Origin: Myxococcota bacterium
GTDB taxonomy: Bacteria; Myxococcota_A; SURF-8; G963663525
Direction: 5' to 3'
NCBI GenBank assembly: GCA_963676915.2
Contig: CAXXVK010000043.1
Location: 192,001-256,000, forward strand
DNA length: 64,000 bases
Shown here: positions 51,396 to 62,413 of the stretch, one piece after another
Layout of the letters: every line of letters starts with the position of its first letter
Numbering within the stretch: the first letter of the stretch is position 1
The notes under the pieces: generated by a model
Told to the model about the DNA's origin: nothing
The model's input: only the letters and a program-made list of their open reading frames with translations
Databases searched by the model: none
Made by a program: the position numbers and the translations under genes

Positions 51396-52904
51396 TCAGG
51401 AAATGATTGGAATGGGACCGGATAACCCGGACGTTTTAATGGGTGCCGGGCGCTTGTGCCAATGCGTGAGATCCTGGTACATCACTCCGCATTGAAGCAA
51501 GAAATCTTCGCGGAATGGAGCCGCCATCAGTTGCATGCCGATCGGCAGGCCCGAAGGGGTTCTTCCGCAGGGCAGACTCATGGCGCAGATCCCCGCGAGA
51601 TTCGCCGGAACTGTATACATATCGGCAAGATAGGATGTCAACGGATCGTCGGGGATCTCGTCCGGTCTGGGAGGTAGAAACGGTGATACGGGGGCTAGGA
51701 TTACGTCGCAGGAGTCGAAAGCTTCCATGAAATCCCGACGAATCAATTCCCGAACTTGTGCCGCTTTCCGGTAATAATCTTTGAAAGCGCTCTCGGTCAG
51801 GGCAAAAGTACCCATCAGAATCCGTCGTCGGACTTCTTCTCCGAATCCCTCGCGTCGGGTGGCTTTGTAGGTGGCTTGCAGATTGTCCTTGCTTACACGC
51901 TTTCCGTAACGCATGCCATCGAAACGCGACAGGTTGGATGACGCCTCCGACATAGCGATCACATAATATGTCGCTACGGCATGTTGCAAATGAGGAAGCT
52001 CGATGTTCACTACTTCTGCACCCAGCTTTTCGAAAACCGTTCGGGTGTTTTCCAGGGACTGACGGATGTTTTCGTCCAGCTCGTTTCCGAAACTTTCCGG
52101 GCACCAGCCAACACGAAGATTGTCGAGTTCTCCTTCGGCCAGCAGGGAAAAATCTTCGTTTGCCCACTTGTGGTGGGTTGAGTCGTTGGAATCGGGGTTG
52201 GTCATGGCGTCCAGCATGAATGCGGCGTCTTTGACCGTACGAGTCAGCGGTCCGATCTGTTCCAGGCTCGAACCATACGCCACGTTTCCGAAACGAGAGA
52301 CGTTGCCGTAGGTGGGCAAGAATCCGACGGCGTTGCAAAACGCGGCCGGTTGCCGGATGCTTCCCCCGGTGTCGGAACCTAGCGCCGCCGCGACACAGCC
52401 GGACATCACGGCAGAGGCGGAACCTCCCGAGGAACCTCCCGAAACCCGTTGGAAATCCCAAGGGTTTTTTGCTCCGCCATGCACCGAGGTCTGGCAGGTG
52501 TTGCCCATGGCAAATTCGTCCATATCGGTCAAACCCATGACAATGGCCCCACATTCGCGTAGGTTGTGAACCGCTTCGGCGTCGTAGGGTGCAAGATATC
52601 CTTCGAGAACGGCGGAAGAGCAGTCGTTGGGCATGTCTTTTACGGCGATGGAACTTTTGACGGCAATGGGGATGCCTGTTAGCACGCCTGCCCGTCCGGT
52701 TCGTAGCCAGTCGTCGGCGTCATCGGCTTGGATCATCAGTTCCCGAATCGGCATTTGGTGGACGAACGGACGAAATTGCCCCTGAACATGTTGAATTCGT
52801 TCGTAAAAAGAATAAACGACTTCTTTGGCGGTTACGTCGCCGTTGTCCAGCATCTGGCGCAATTCGATCAATGGGGTTTCACAAATTTCCATCGGCTCGC
52901 TCAC
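51396..52904 (-). CDS. gatA: Asp/Glu-tRNA amidotransferase subunit A
   Basis: MDEFAMG, GGSSGGSA, GSDTGGSIRQPA, EASSNLSRFDG and GFGEEVRRRI. Confidence 0.95.
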   Translation of the reverse strand: MSEPMEICETPLIELRQMLDNGDVTAKEVVYSFYERIQHVQGQFRPFVHQMPIRELMIQADDADDWLRTGRAGVLTGIPIAVKSSIAVKDMPNDCSSAVLEGYLAPYDAEAVHNLRECGAIVMGLTDMDEFAMGNTCQTSVHGGAKNPWDFQRVSGGSSGGSASAVMSGCVAAALGSDTGGSIRQPAAFCNAVGFLPTYGNVSRFGNVAYGSSLEQIGPLTRTVKDAAFMLDAMTNPDSNDSTHHKWANEDFSLLAEGELDNLRVGWCPESFGNELDENIRQSLENTRTVFEKLGAEVVNIELPHLQHAVATYYVIAMSEASSNLSRFDGMRYGKRVSKDNLQATYKATRREGFGEEVRRRILMGTFALTESAFKDYYRKAAQVRELIRRDFMEAFDSCDVILAPVSPFLPPRPDEIPDDPLTSYLADMYTVPANLAGICAMSLPCGRTPSGLPIGMQLMAAPFREDFLLQCGVMYQDLTHWHKRPAPIKTSGLSGPIPIIS

Positions 52905-53185
52905 TCCATGACTTTCGGTACGCGAAGGTAGGAATTTTCGCGCTCTGACAGCGTTTGTTCCACCATTTTTCGGTCCAGTCCTTCTTTTACTTCGTCGTCT
53001 CTTAAGGGAAGACTTTCGTTGTTGGGATGAAACAGTGGAGGAACGTTGCTTGTATCGACGGCTTCCAGACTGGACATAAACTCCAGAATCCGTTCGAGTT
53101 CTTTGCTCAGTGTATCGCGTTCCATGTCGCGTAGATCGATTTGAGCCAGTTTCGCCAGTTTTTCGAGATCGAATTGCGGGGACAT
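52901..53185 (-). CDS. gatC: Asp/Glu-tRNA amidotransferase subunit C
   Basis: LAKLA, VDTSNVPP, LRDD and VPKV; overlaps the gatA start. Confidence 0.9.
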   Translation of the reverse strand: MSPQFDLEKLAKLAQIDLRDMERDTLSKELERILEFMSSLEAVDTSNVPPLFHPNNESLPLRDDEVKEGLDRKMVEQTLSERENSYLRVPKVME

Positions 53186-53324
53186 GTCCGATTTCCTCCG
53201 TTTTTCACGATGCGCGAAAGTATACCTCGAAGATGCCACCGGGTCCATGGATCTTCTTGCAGAAAAATTTGCGGATCGTGTGGGGGATCGATTGTCATGA
53301 AAACCTGGGATAATTCCGTTCATA

Positions 53325-53526
53325 GGGTGCATCACAAAAAATAGCGACTTTCGTAAAATCCTATTTTTTCGTAGCGGCGAGGCGTAAGCCCGCCGTTTTT
53401 GCCTTTTGAAAGTTGCTTTTATGCCCCCAATTTCCCTTTTCGGCGGGCTTACGCCTCGCCGCTACAACCAAATGAATGAATGCTTCAATATTATTGGGCC
53501 AATTCGCTACATTTTGTGATGCAACC
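53325..53526. mobile_element. MITE-like element, copy 2, carrying a family-1 REP doublet
   Basis: Near-identical to 50234-50436. Flanking direct repeat CCGTTCATA (53316-53324 and 53527-53535). REPs at 53371-53395 and 53441-53465. Confidence 0.85.
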
Positions 53527-53629
53527 CCGTTCATACTCTGCCAAAAACTTTCATTGCAGGACCGGCTTTTCCCGTGGTACGTTCGGACGCTTTGTGTGTT
53601 TTCGGGGTACTTTTTTCGGATCGAACGAG

Positions 53630-54718
53630 ATGACTTCGCAACAGCGACAACCTGTGTTCCGAGTAGCGGCAATTGGCTGCGGGAAGGTCTTCCGGCACCA
53701 TCTCGATGCGTTATCGGAATGCCCTAACCTGCAACTCGTCGGAGTTTGCGACCGACAAAAAGAACGTGCCCAGGATGTCGCCGACAAAGTCGGAATCTCG
53801 GCTTACGACCGGATCGAAAACCTGTTGGACGCGCAACGGCCGGATATCGTTGCCGTGTTGACTCCTTCGGGGGATCATGTAGAAACGGCGCTAAAAGCCG
53901 TTGGACGTACGCAAGCCGTAGTGGTCGAAAAACCCATGGCTCTTTCCACTCGGGACGCCGACCGCCTGATTTACGCCTGCAAAGAGGCGGGAACCCGGCT
54001 GTTTGTCGTTAAGCCGCTGCGTTTCAGTCCACCTGTGACCGCTTTACGGCAGGCGTTGGAAGATGGCCGATTCGGTCGGATGGTTTCCGGCTCGATTCGG
54101 GTGTATTTCAAGCGTCCTGCCGAGTACTACCGCCGGGATTCCTGGCGTGGAACACTGGATCTTGATGGCGGAGTGATGGCCAATCAGGCCATACATTATA
54201 TCGATTTGTTGCAATGGATGATGGGACCGGTGGCGGCGGTTCAAGCCTATCAAGCTCGGAGGCTTGCCGACACCGAAGCGCCCGACACGGGATGCGCCGT
54301 GCTGCGTTTCGAAAACGGTGCGCTGGGAACGATTGAAGCTACGACGGCGACGCGTCCTTTCGCTCTGGGTGGTTCGCTGACTCTACTTGGGGAAACCGGT
54401 TCGGTGGAGATCGAGGGTTTCGCCGCCGAGCGGCTGAAAACCTGGAATTTCACGAGGACTCAGCCCGGCGATGACGGTCTGTTCGAACGTGTGCGGCGAG
54501 AAGTCGAGATATCACCCGGCGGACATCGCGCCTTTTACCGGCACGTTGTCGAATGCCTTTCGACAGGTGGCGAAACGCTGCTTGCCGGGGAGGAAGGCCG
54601 AAAATCCGTGGCTCTTGTCGAAGCTATTGCGCGCTCTGCTTCCACGGGGCGGGAAGTTCGATTGCCGCCGATTACCGAAGAATTTCAACCTGCCGTTCGA
54701 GGCAAGCCTGCCGTTTAA
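53630..54718 (+). CDS. Gfo/Idh/MocA NDP-sugar 3-dehydrogenase (WlbA/WbpB-like)
   Basis: IGCG, TPSGDH, VEKPMA, WRGT..LDGGV.NQAIH and ATTATRP. Confidence 0.85.
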   Translation: MTSQQRQPVFRVAAIGCGKVFRHHLDALSECPNLQLVGVCDRQKERAQDVADKVGISAYDRIENLLDAQRPDIVAVLTPSGDHVETALKAVGRTQAVVVEKPMALSTRDADRLIYACKEAGTRLFVVKPLRFSPPVTALRQALEDGRFGRMVSGSIRVYFKRPAEYYRRDSWRGTLDLDGGVMANQAIHYIDLLQWMMGPVAAVQAYQARRLADTEAPDTGCAVLRFENGALGTIEATTATRPFALGGSLTLLGETGSVEIEGFAAERLKTWNFTRTQPGDDGLFERVRREVEISPGGHRAFYRHVVECLSTGGETLLAGEEGRKSVALVEAIARSASTGREVRLPPITEEFQPAVRGKPAV

Positions 54719-54732
54719 TGAAGGATTTGTCG

Positions 54733-55851
54733 ATGACCGCACCCGTGATCCCCCTTGTCGATTTGAAAGCCCAATACGAAACGATCCGAAACGATATCGA
54801 TCGTGCCATATCACGCACGGTCGCGAATTGTTCTTTCGTTTTAGGACCGGAAGTCGAGCGATTCGAGCAGGCGTTCGCCTCTTTTTGCGGCGTTCGGCAC
54901 GCGATCGGTTGCGCCAACGGCACCGATGCGCTGGTCCTGGCTCTACATGCTTTAGGGATCGGTGAAGGGGACGAGGTGATCGTTCCGGCCTTTACCTTCG
55001 TTGCGACGGCGGAAGCCGTGCTTCGTACCGGAGCGCGTCCGGTATTCGCAGATGTGAACGAAAGGGATTTGATTCTCGATGCCGAAACCGTTGAAAAAGC
55101 CTGGACCGAGCACACGCGGGCGGTGATCCCCGTCCATCTTTTCGGTCGTATGGCCGATGTAGATGTTTTGCAGGAAATGGCCGAAAAACGAGGGGCTTTG
55201 TTGATCGAGGATGCCGCTCAGGCGCATGGTGCAACCTGGAAAGATAGAAAAGCCGGTTCGATGGGGAAGGCTGGGTGCTTCAGTTTCTATCCCGGAAAAA
55301 ATCTCGGGGCATATGGAGACGCTGGAGCTGTGGTCACGAATGACGACGATCTGGCGCACTGGCTCAAGAAAGCACGTAACCATGGACGCTCTACGAAAAA
55401 CGGCCACGATTTTCCCGGGTGGAACAGTCGCTTGGACGGATTGCAGGCCGCCGTATTGAACGTCAAACTTCCCCATTTGGATACCTGGAACGCCCGCCGG
55501 AGGGAACTGGCTGCCCGTTACGAAAAACGCTTGTTCGAAGTGCCGGGCGTTCGAACTCTAACCACGGCGAAGGACACCGTTCCGGCACCACATCACTGGG
55601 TGGTGCGTTTGCCGGATCGCGACCGGGTGGCGCGTCAACTTGCCGAGCGCGGCATAATGGCAGCGATTCATTACCCGCGTCCGCTGCATCGTCTCCCGGC
55701 TTTTTCGGATGTCATCGCTTCGGATCTTTCTCTTCCCAACTGTGACCAGGCCGCTAGGGAGGTGCTTTCACTGCCTTTGTATCCCGAACTGGGCGAGGAA
55801 GGTGTAGACCGAGTCGTGAATGAATTGGCGACAGTACTTAAAGACCTATGA
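54733..55851 (+). CDS. DegT/DnrJ/EryC1/StrS sugar aminotransferase (WlbC/WbpE-like)
   Basis: DLKAQY, NGTDAL, EDAAQAHG, SFYPGKNLGAYGDAG, NSRLD and SLPLYP. Confidence 0.93.
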   Translation: MTAPVIPLVDLKAQYETIRNDIDRAISRTVANCSFVLGPEVERFEQAFASFCGVRHAIGCANGTDALVLALHALGIGEGDEVIVPAFTFVATAEAVLRTGARPVFADVNERDLILDAETVEKAWTEHTRAVIPVHLFGRMADVDVLQEMAEKRGALLIEDAAQAHGATWKDRKAGSMGKAGCFSFYPGKNLGAYGDAGAVVTNDDDLAHWLKKARNHGRSTKNGHDFPGWNSRLDGLQAAVLNVKLPHLDTWNARRRELAARYEKRLFEVPGVRTLTTAKDTVPAPHHWVVRLPDRDRVARQLAERGIMAAIHYPRPLHRLPAFSDVIASDLSLPNCDQAAREVLSLPLYPELGEEGVDRVVNELATVLKDL

Positions 55852-55915
55852 GATAAAGAAAAAACTCCTGAAATATCAATCGGTTCAATGGAAAGGGTAG
55901 CGACTGTGATTGAAG

Positions 55916-57057
<1,142 letters not shown>

Positions 57058-57073
57058 ATAAAGATCATACAAG

Positions 57074-57251
57074 GTCGGGTAAGTTTTTTGCCTGACACCC
57101 ATCTGATGGTTCAGTATTGTAAACTGAACCAAAACGTTGAAGAGCAGGATTCAATCCTGCTCCATCGAGGACGAACCAAGGGAAATGACAGGAATCATGC
57201 TCTAGTAAAAGACAAAACCGAAGCGTCGGGCAAGAAATTTGCCCGACCTAC
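57074..57251. repeat. Family-2 REP doublet with nested palindromes
   Basis: Interrupted REP 57074-57096 and inverted REP 57225-57251 (GTCGGGCAAGAAATTTGCCCGACCTAC). Internal hairpins GGTTCAG..CTGAACC (57108-57130) and GAGCAGGAT..ATCCTGCTC (57142-57162). Confidence 0.8.
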
Positions 57252-57254
57252 TAA

Positions 57255-57290
57255 TAAAAAAGCCGTCTCGGGATTCGAGACGGCTTTTAT
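57255..57290. terminator. Terminator
   Basis: AAAAGCCGTCTCG...CGAGACGGCTTTTAT. Confidence 0.7.
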
Positions 57291-57310
57291 CATGAAATTT
57301 ATCAGAAATT

Positions 57311-58444
57311 TTAGAAACTGACCGCGACTTCGCCCTGTACTCCTAAGGACGGCAGGTCTTCCCCAATGATCGGAGCTACTGCGCTCAACCCGGCTTCGAA
57401 TATCGTATGACGGAAGCGGTATCCGCCACCGACTTCGAGTTTATTGGTGGGGTGGACTTCACGATTGAGCCACGTTCGCATCTGGTCGGTCGTAGCGGCT
57501 TCCGCATCGTAGAACAGCATGGTGTACTCGGCGTGCAGACCTATGTAGTGAGTCATCTTTGCGCCGTCCTGGAAGCGCAATGCAGGCCAGGCTCGGGCGT
57601 AAACGCCGGGGATGTATTGGTCGTCGCCTTTCTTTTTCGCTTTCTGAACCAGCAGTTTCGGGGCCGCGTCGATTTCGAAGGTGAACCAGCTACTTGCATC
57701 GACGAACCACAGCAGGTGCAGCGAAAGGTCCAGCAGATCGGGTTTCATGCGGTCGTCCCGTCCGGTCTGACCTTCCAGAGCGCGTTGGTAAGGAATACGA
57801 ATATCGATCGGCAGCGCCAAGGTGAACCAGGTCCAGTCGTTCTCAACCACTCGATATTTGGGCGTAAACCGAATCGAAATCTTGTTCATGCCGTAGTCGT
57901 CGTAGTGAGTCTCGGTGCCGTCCGAACTCAAGGTGTTGTTGCGAGGATCGTTTGCCCGTTGCCATTCGGTGGCGATTTCCAAGGCCAAAAGTTTTTCACC
58001 AGGAGAGGCAAGTTGGAAAGCAAAGAAAAAGCTGTTGGTATCGGTCGTTACGAGGTTCGTCCGTAGCGTGTCCTGATTGGTCTCTTTATTCGTGGTGTAA
58101 TAATTGATTTCCGCATCGTCGCCACGCTGAACGAGAAAGCCGAAGTGGGCGTGACTGTCCATGCGCGAATTGACTTTCTGGCCGAAAACCGGGCTGTACC
58201 GTCGGTTGAACCACTTTTCCTCCTGCGGAATATTTACGGCAGGCATCGACTGGCCAACGGCGGGAGTTTCGGACGCAACGGGCTTAGCGCCTTCCGCCGT
58301 ATCGGTTTCGATTTCCGCTAATTGTTGTTCCATTTGTTTCATAAACGCTTCGTTTTCGTCCGTTTCTGTATTTTCCGCATTGGCGGGAAGGACGAACAAC
58401 GTCACGATCATCAGTGCGCATCCAAGGTTACACAGCCATTTCAT
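57311..58444 (-). CDS. Putative outer-membrane beta-barrel protein
   Basis: Signal peptide (ANA), amphipathic strands and a C-terminal Phe (EVAVSF). Confidence 0.65.
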   Translation of the reverse strand: MKWLCNLGCALMIVTLFVLPANAENTETDENEAFMKQMEQQLAEIETDTAEGAKPVASETPAVGQSMPAVNIPQEEKWFNRRYSPVFGQKVNSRMDSHAHFGFLVQRGDDAEINYYTTNKETNQDTLRTNLVTTDTNSFFFAFQLASPGEKLLALEIATEWQRANDPRNNTLSSDGTETHYDDYGMNKISIRFTPKYRVVENDWTWFTLALPIDIRIPYQRALEGQTGRDDRMKPDLLDLSLHLLWFVDASSWFTFEIDAAPKLLVQKAKKKGDDQYIPGVYARAWPALRFQDGAKMTHYIGLHAEYTMLFYDAEAATTDQMRTWLNREVHPTNKLEVGGGYRFRHTIFEAGLSAVAPIIGEDLPSLGVQGEVAVSF

Positions 58445-58671
58445 AAGGGCTTCTCCACATCGTTTTGACGGATACAAAGACTGCTATCTAAGTACCCAAA
58501 GGAGGGAGCGGATGTCAAGAATTTTGTTATTTTTCAAGTAGTTAAAGCATACGAAACCCCGTTGAAAAACCTTGACTTGCCCAAATTCGTCATGGTATGA
58601 AACCAATGCTGGACCCAATCCAGAATAGGCTGATTTACCTTGCTTCCGCTTTGATTTTCGGAGGATTTCCT

Positions 58672-60603
58672 ATGAAATTTTCAGCAGTTTGGCTGGTTGC
58701 AGCCCTGCTTTGTCTCGTCGCTTCCCCCGTTTTTGCCCAGGATGGTGCATCAACCGACGACGGCTTTGCTCCTCCTGCAGAAAAAAACGATGGCTTCGAA
58801 CCTCCTGCCTATCCCCCTGAAGGCCAGGAAGGCGAAATGCCCTCTGATGCTTTTGCCGTCGAGCCGACCGAGGAACTTTCCCTCGACGACTTGGAGAAGC
58901 TGGAATCCCTGGAAAATGCGGAAGCCATCGAAAAGGAACAGCTCAACTTTTTCGAATTGAACGGCTATTTCCGGGTGCGCGCCGACATGTTCCACAACCT
59001 GGACATGGGTGTTTACAATGAATTGCGTCCCTTGCGCGATCTCGGCACCGCCGATTCGGACTCAAATCTCCGCGCCCAGGACGACACCATCGGCAGCGCC
59101 AACATGCGCTTGCGGCTGATGCCCACCTTGAACGTTTCGGAAGATATCCAGATTCATATGCAACTGGACGTTTTCGACAATCTCGTGCTCGGTAGCACCC
59201 CGGATACCATCAACTGGACCCAGAACGGGCCGACGGCAACGGGTATTCAAGCCTTTTCCGCTTCTACCGAACCCATGCGGCAAGGTGTCAACAGCACGAA
59301 AAACTCCGTTGAATTCAAGCGGGTATGGGCGCAGGTACGTACGCCCTTCGGTATCATTCGCTTCGGCCGGATGCCATCCCACTGGGGCTTGGGCATGTAT
59401 GTCAACGACGGTAATGCCATCGACGCCGACTACGGCGACACCATCGACCGTATCCTGTTCGGTACGAAACTGATGGAGCATACCCTGTTCGTGTCCATGG
59501 ACTTCCCCAACGAAGGACTTACCAACGAAGACAACTTCGAGTTCGGCGGTCAGGCCAAAGACGCCACGCAGATGGACGACGTAAACCAGTGGGTGTTCGG
59601 CTTTGCCCGAAAGGACAACGACGTTCAGATCAAAGAACTGCTGGAAAGCGGTGAAGTCAGCGTAAACTACGGATTGTACAATGTTTTCCGCTGGCAGTCC
59701 TACTCGATCGAGAACTGGGATATCGCCAACGAAAGCCACCTGCCCGCCGCAGGAAACTGGGCCAGTCGGGATGGTCTTCGTAACGATATGATCCGTCGGG
59801 ACATGAATATTTATGTCGGTGACGTCTGGTTCCGTCTGTTGTACGAACACTTCCATATGGAATTGGAAGCCGCTTGGATTACGGGTTCTATGGATAACGC
59901 CACCGTCAGTCCTACCGACGTGGACAACGAGGGCATATCCATCGACCAATACGGTCTGGTCGTTCAGTTCGATTACAAATTCCTCAACGAATCCCTGTTC
60001 TTAGGCTTCGAATACGGACTGGCTTCGGGCGATCCCTACCCCGGAGACGATTATACCGAAGGCTTTGGCGTATATCCCAGCCAGGACAGCCAGTTCGGTT
60101 CCTACTATCGAACGAAAAACGGACCGGAAATCAACGATCGAGCGGTCACGAACTTCCGTTTCGACCGGGATTATCATGTGGACTTGATTCTGTTCCGGGA
60201 GATTCTCGGTTGCGTGACCGACGCCATGTACTTCAAGTGGATGTTCCAGTATCTGTTCACTCCCGACATCGGCTTCAAATTCGACCTGATTTATTCCCGT
60301 GCGATGGAAGCCGATTCCACGCCGAGCTACGACCATCAGACGCTCGAAAACAAGGACGACGCCCTGCCGATCAAACGTAAGACCGATCCGAACCTCGGTG
60401 TTGAGTTGGATCTCGACGTGTTCTACACCTCTGTGGATGGCTTCGGGATCGGATTGCAATACGGTGTCTTGTTCCCGTTGGGTGGTTTCGGATATTGGGA
60501 TCCCAACCATTACAGCAATACGTATGGTCAGATCGTTCCTACCTGGTTCGAAGCTCCGGACGTAGCCCAGACGGTGCAATTACGGATGTTCGTGGAATTC
60601 TAA
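58672..60603 (+). CDS. TIGR04551-like outer-membrane barrel protein
   Basis: ELNGYFRVR, ANMRLRL.P, FGRMPSHWGLG, NFRFDRDYHVDLILFREI, LGVELD and QYGVLFPL. The family is recalled from myxobacterial proteins, not searched. Confidence 0.75.
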   Translation: MKFSAVWLVAALLCLVASPVFAQDGASTDDGFAPPAEKNDGFEPPAYPPEGQEGEMPSDAFAVEPTEELSLDDLEKLESLENAEAIEKEQLNFFELNGYFRVRADMFHNLDMGVYNELRPLRDLGTADSDSNLRAQDDTIGSANMRLRLMPTLNVSEDIQIHMQLDVFDNLVLGSTPDTINWTQNGPTATGIQAFSASTEPMRQGVNSTKNSVEFKRVWAQVRTPFGIIRFGRMPSHWGLGMYVNDGNAIDADYGDTIDRILFGTKLMEHTLFVSMDFPNEGLTNEDNFEFGGQAKDATQMDDVNQWVFGFARKDNDVQIKELLESGEVSVNYGLYNVFRWQSYSIENWDIANESHLPAAGNWASRDGLRNDMIRRDMNIYVGDVWFRLLYEHFHMELEAAWITGSMDNATVSPTDVDNEGISIDQYGLVVQFDYKFLNESLFLGFEYGLASGDPYPGDDYTEGFGVYPSQDSQFGSYYRTKNGPEINDRAVTNFRFDRDYHVDLILFREILGCVTDAMYFKWMFQYLFTPDIGFKFDLIYSRAMEADSTPSYDHQTLENKDDALPIKRKTDPNLGVELDLDVFYTSVDGFGIGLQYGVLFPLGGFGYWDPNHYSNTYGQIVPTWFEAPDVAQTVQLRMFVEF

Positions 60604-60622
60604 GAAAAGATCAATAACGAAC

Positions 60623-60662
60623 AAAGGCCGGAATTTCTTACTGAAATCCGGCCTTTTTCTTT
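60623..60662. terminator. Bidirectional terminator
   Basis: AAAGGCCGGA...TCCGGCCTTTTT. Confidence 0.65.
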
Positions 60663-60679
60663 GCTTTCAAAATAAAAAA

Positions 60680-61144
60680 TCAGTCTTCGTCGGATTCCCT
60701 TCCCACGAAAAGAGTGAATTCCCCGACATCCGGCAGATCGAAAGCGATGGCGAATCGGTCGAGGTTTTCGGGAATGGATTCAATCGACGTATTGCCGGAG
60801 GTGGTGGAAGGGATCGTCAAGTCAAGTTGATGGTCCCGGAGAAATCCTTTGACGTTTCCCCCGATGATGTTGATGACTTCTCCGATGGCGTCGCAGAGTT
60901 CTTCTTCTGTCACGGTTGATCCCTCTGCCAGAGTCGTTTCGACAATAATTTGGGCCGCTTCTCGGCTCAAGCATAAAGCGGTATGGATTTTCAGGTGTCC
61001 ACCGACCAGATCCAGCGATGTGACGATGTGGGATGGATCGATTTCAAACGAGGCGTTAGGATCTTTTACATCGGGTTCCACCTGCATCATGGTCATGAAG
61101 CAGTTTATCGTGGCTTGAATGAAAGGTCGTTTCAGGTCTTCCAT
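60680..61144 (-). CDS. cheX: Chemotaxis phosphatase CheX
   Basis: DAIGEVINIIGGNVK (ExxN motif) and LTIP. Confidence 0.88.
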   Translation of the reverse strand: MEDLKRPFIQATINCFMTMMQVEPDVKDPNASFEIDPSHIVTSLDLVGGHLKIHTALCLSREAAQIIVETTLAEGSTVTEEELCDAIGEVINIIGGNVKGFLRDHQLDLTIPSTTSGNTSIESIPENLDRFAIAFDLPDVGEFTLFVGRESDED

Positions 61145-61180
61145 GGTCGGGGATCTCCTTGGCCCGGTGATTGGTTGCAA

Positions 61181-61555
61181 TCAGGCTCCCATGCCCAGAC
61201 ATTCGGCGATTTTGCTGGCCAACTCTTCGGTGGTGAAAGGTTTCGTAATGTAATGTTGAGCGCCGGCTTTGATGGCTCGAACGATGCTTTGGCGTTCGGT
61301 GTCTGAGGTAACCATCATCACGGGGATGTGTTTCAATTTACTGTCTTGCTTGATTTTCGTAAGCAAGGTGAAGCCATCCATTACGGGCATGTTGATGTCG
61401 AGCGTGATTAGCTCGATACCCTCCGGATTGACTTGCAAAAACTCCAATGCCTGTAAACCGTTTTGAGCCTGAATCGTTTCGTATCCCAAAACGGCTGCGG
61501 CTTGCGAAATAAGTTTTCGCATCATGGAAGAGTCGTCTACTGCGAGCATTTTCAT
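61181..61555 (-). CDS. cheY: CheY-like response regulator
   Basis: VDDS, DINMPVMDG and YITKPF; lies within the che cluster. Confidence 0.88.
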   Translation of the reverse strand: MKMLAVDDSSMMRKLISQAAAVLGYETIQAQNGLQALEFLQVNPEGIELITLDINMPVMDGFTLLTKIKQDSKLKHIPVMMVTSDTERQSIVRAIKAGAQHYITKPFTTEELASKIAECLGMGA

Positions 61556-61567
61556 CGTGTTCCCCTG

Positions 61568-62413
61568 TTACTGCAACCGATAATAGACAGCGGAATCATG
61601 GATATGGGTCTGAAAGGTTTCATTGTAGCCTCTCATTGTTTCTGCTGAACCCAGGAATAAATACCCGGGGGAGATCAGGCTTTTGGAGAGCTTATCAAAA
61701 AGTTCTCTTTTGAAGGAATCCGAGAAATAGATGGCAACGTTGCGGCATAGGATAACATCGAAACGGCCCAATCGTGCAAACTCTTTTTGCAAATTAAACT
61801 GTTCGAACGTCACCATTTTTCGCAATTCCTCGGAAATCACCCAAACCGGTCCTTGCTTCGTAAAATAGCGATTTGCATATTCTTCTCGCATTCCTCGATT
61901 CATCGAGATTCGGTTGTATCGGCCCGTTTTTGCAATGAACAGGGCCGAAGGGGAAATATCGGTAGCGTGAATCTGAAACTGGCCGGGATGTATTCCTTTA
62001 AAGGAGTTTTTTCGAACGGCCTGGTCGATCAACATGGCCAAGGAATACGGTTCTTGCCCCGTGGAACAAGCGGCTGACCAGATTCGGACTTTGTACTTTT
62101 TGCCTTGGGACAAAAGGTCGATCATTTCCGGCAAAATCACTTCTTCAAAGACCTTGAACGGAGAATCGTCTCTAAACCACAGGGTCTCGTTCGTGGTCAT
62201 GGCGTCGATGATTTTTTCGGTAAGTTTCGGATCGTTTTTTCTGACAATCAACTGATAAAACGATCCGAAATCTTCACAGCCGTTTTCCAGCATCAGAGTC
62301 GTCAGTCGGTTTTCGATAAGGTAGGATTTTTCCTCGCCCAATGAAATTCCGCACTGTTCCTCGATGTAGTCCCGTATGGGTTGGAATTCTTCTTTTTTCA
62401 AGGATACGCTCAT
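61568..62413 (-). CDS. cheR: Chemotaxis methyltransferase CheR
   Basis: TTNETLWFRD, IWSAACSTGQEPYS, CRNVAIYF and GSAE. Confidence 0.95.
   Translation of the reverse strand: MSVSLKKEEFQPIRDYIEEQCGISLGEEKSYLIENRLTTLMLENGCEDFGSFYQLIVRKNDPKLTEKIIDAMTTNETLWFRDDSPFKVFEEVILPEMIDLLSQGKKYKVRIWSAACSTGQEPYSLAMLIDQAVRKNSFKGIHPGQFQIHATDISPSALFIAKTGRYNRISMNRGMREEYANRYFTKQGPVWVISEELRKMVTFEQFNLQKEFARLGRFDVILCRNVAIYFSDSFKRELFDKLSKSLISPGYLFLGSAETMRGYNETFQTHIHDSAVYYRLQ

Noticed and set aside
51396-53185. gatCA without an adjacent gatB
   Set aside because: gatB is often located elsewhere, and this cannot be judged from one window.
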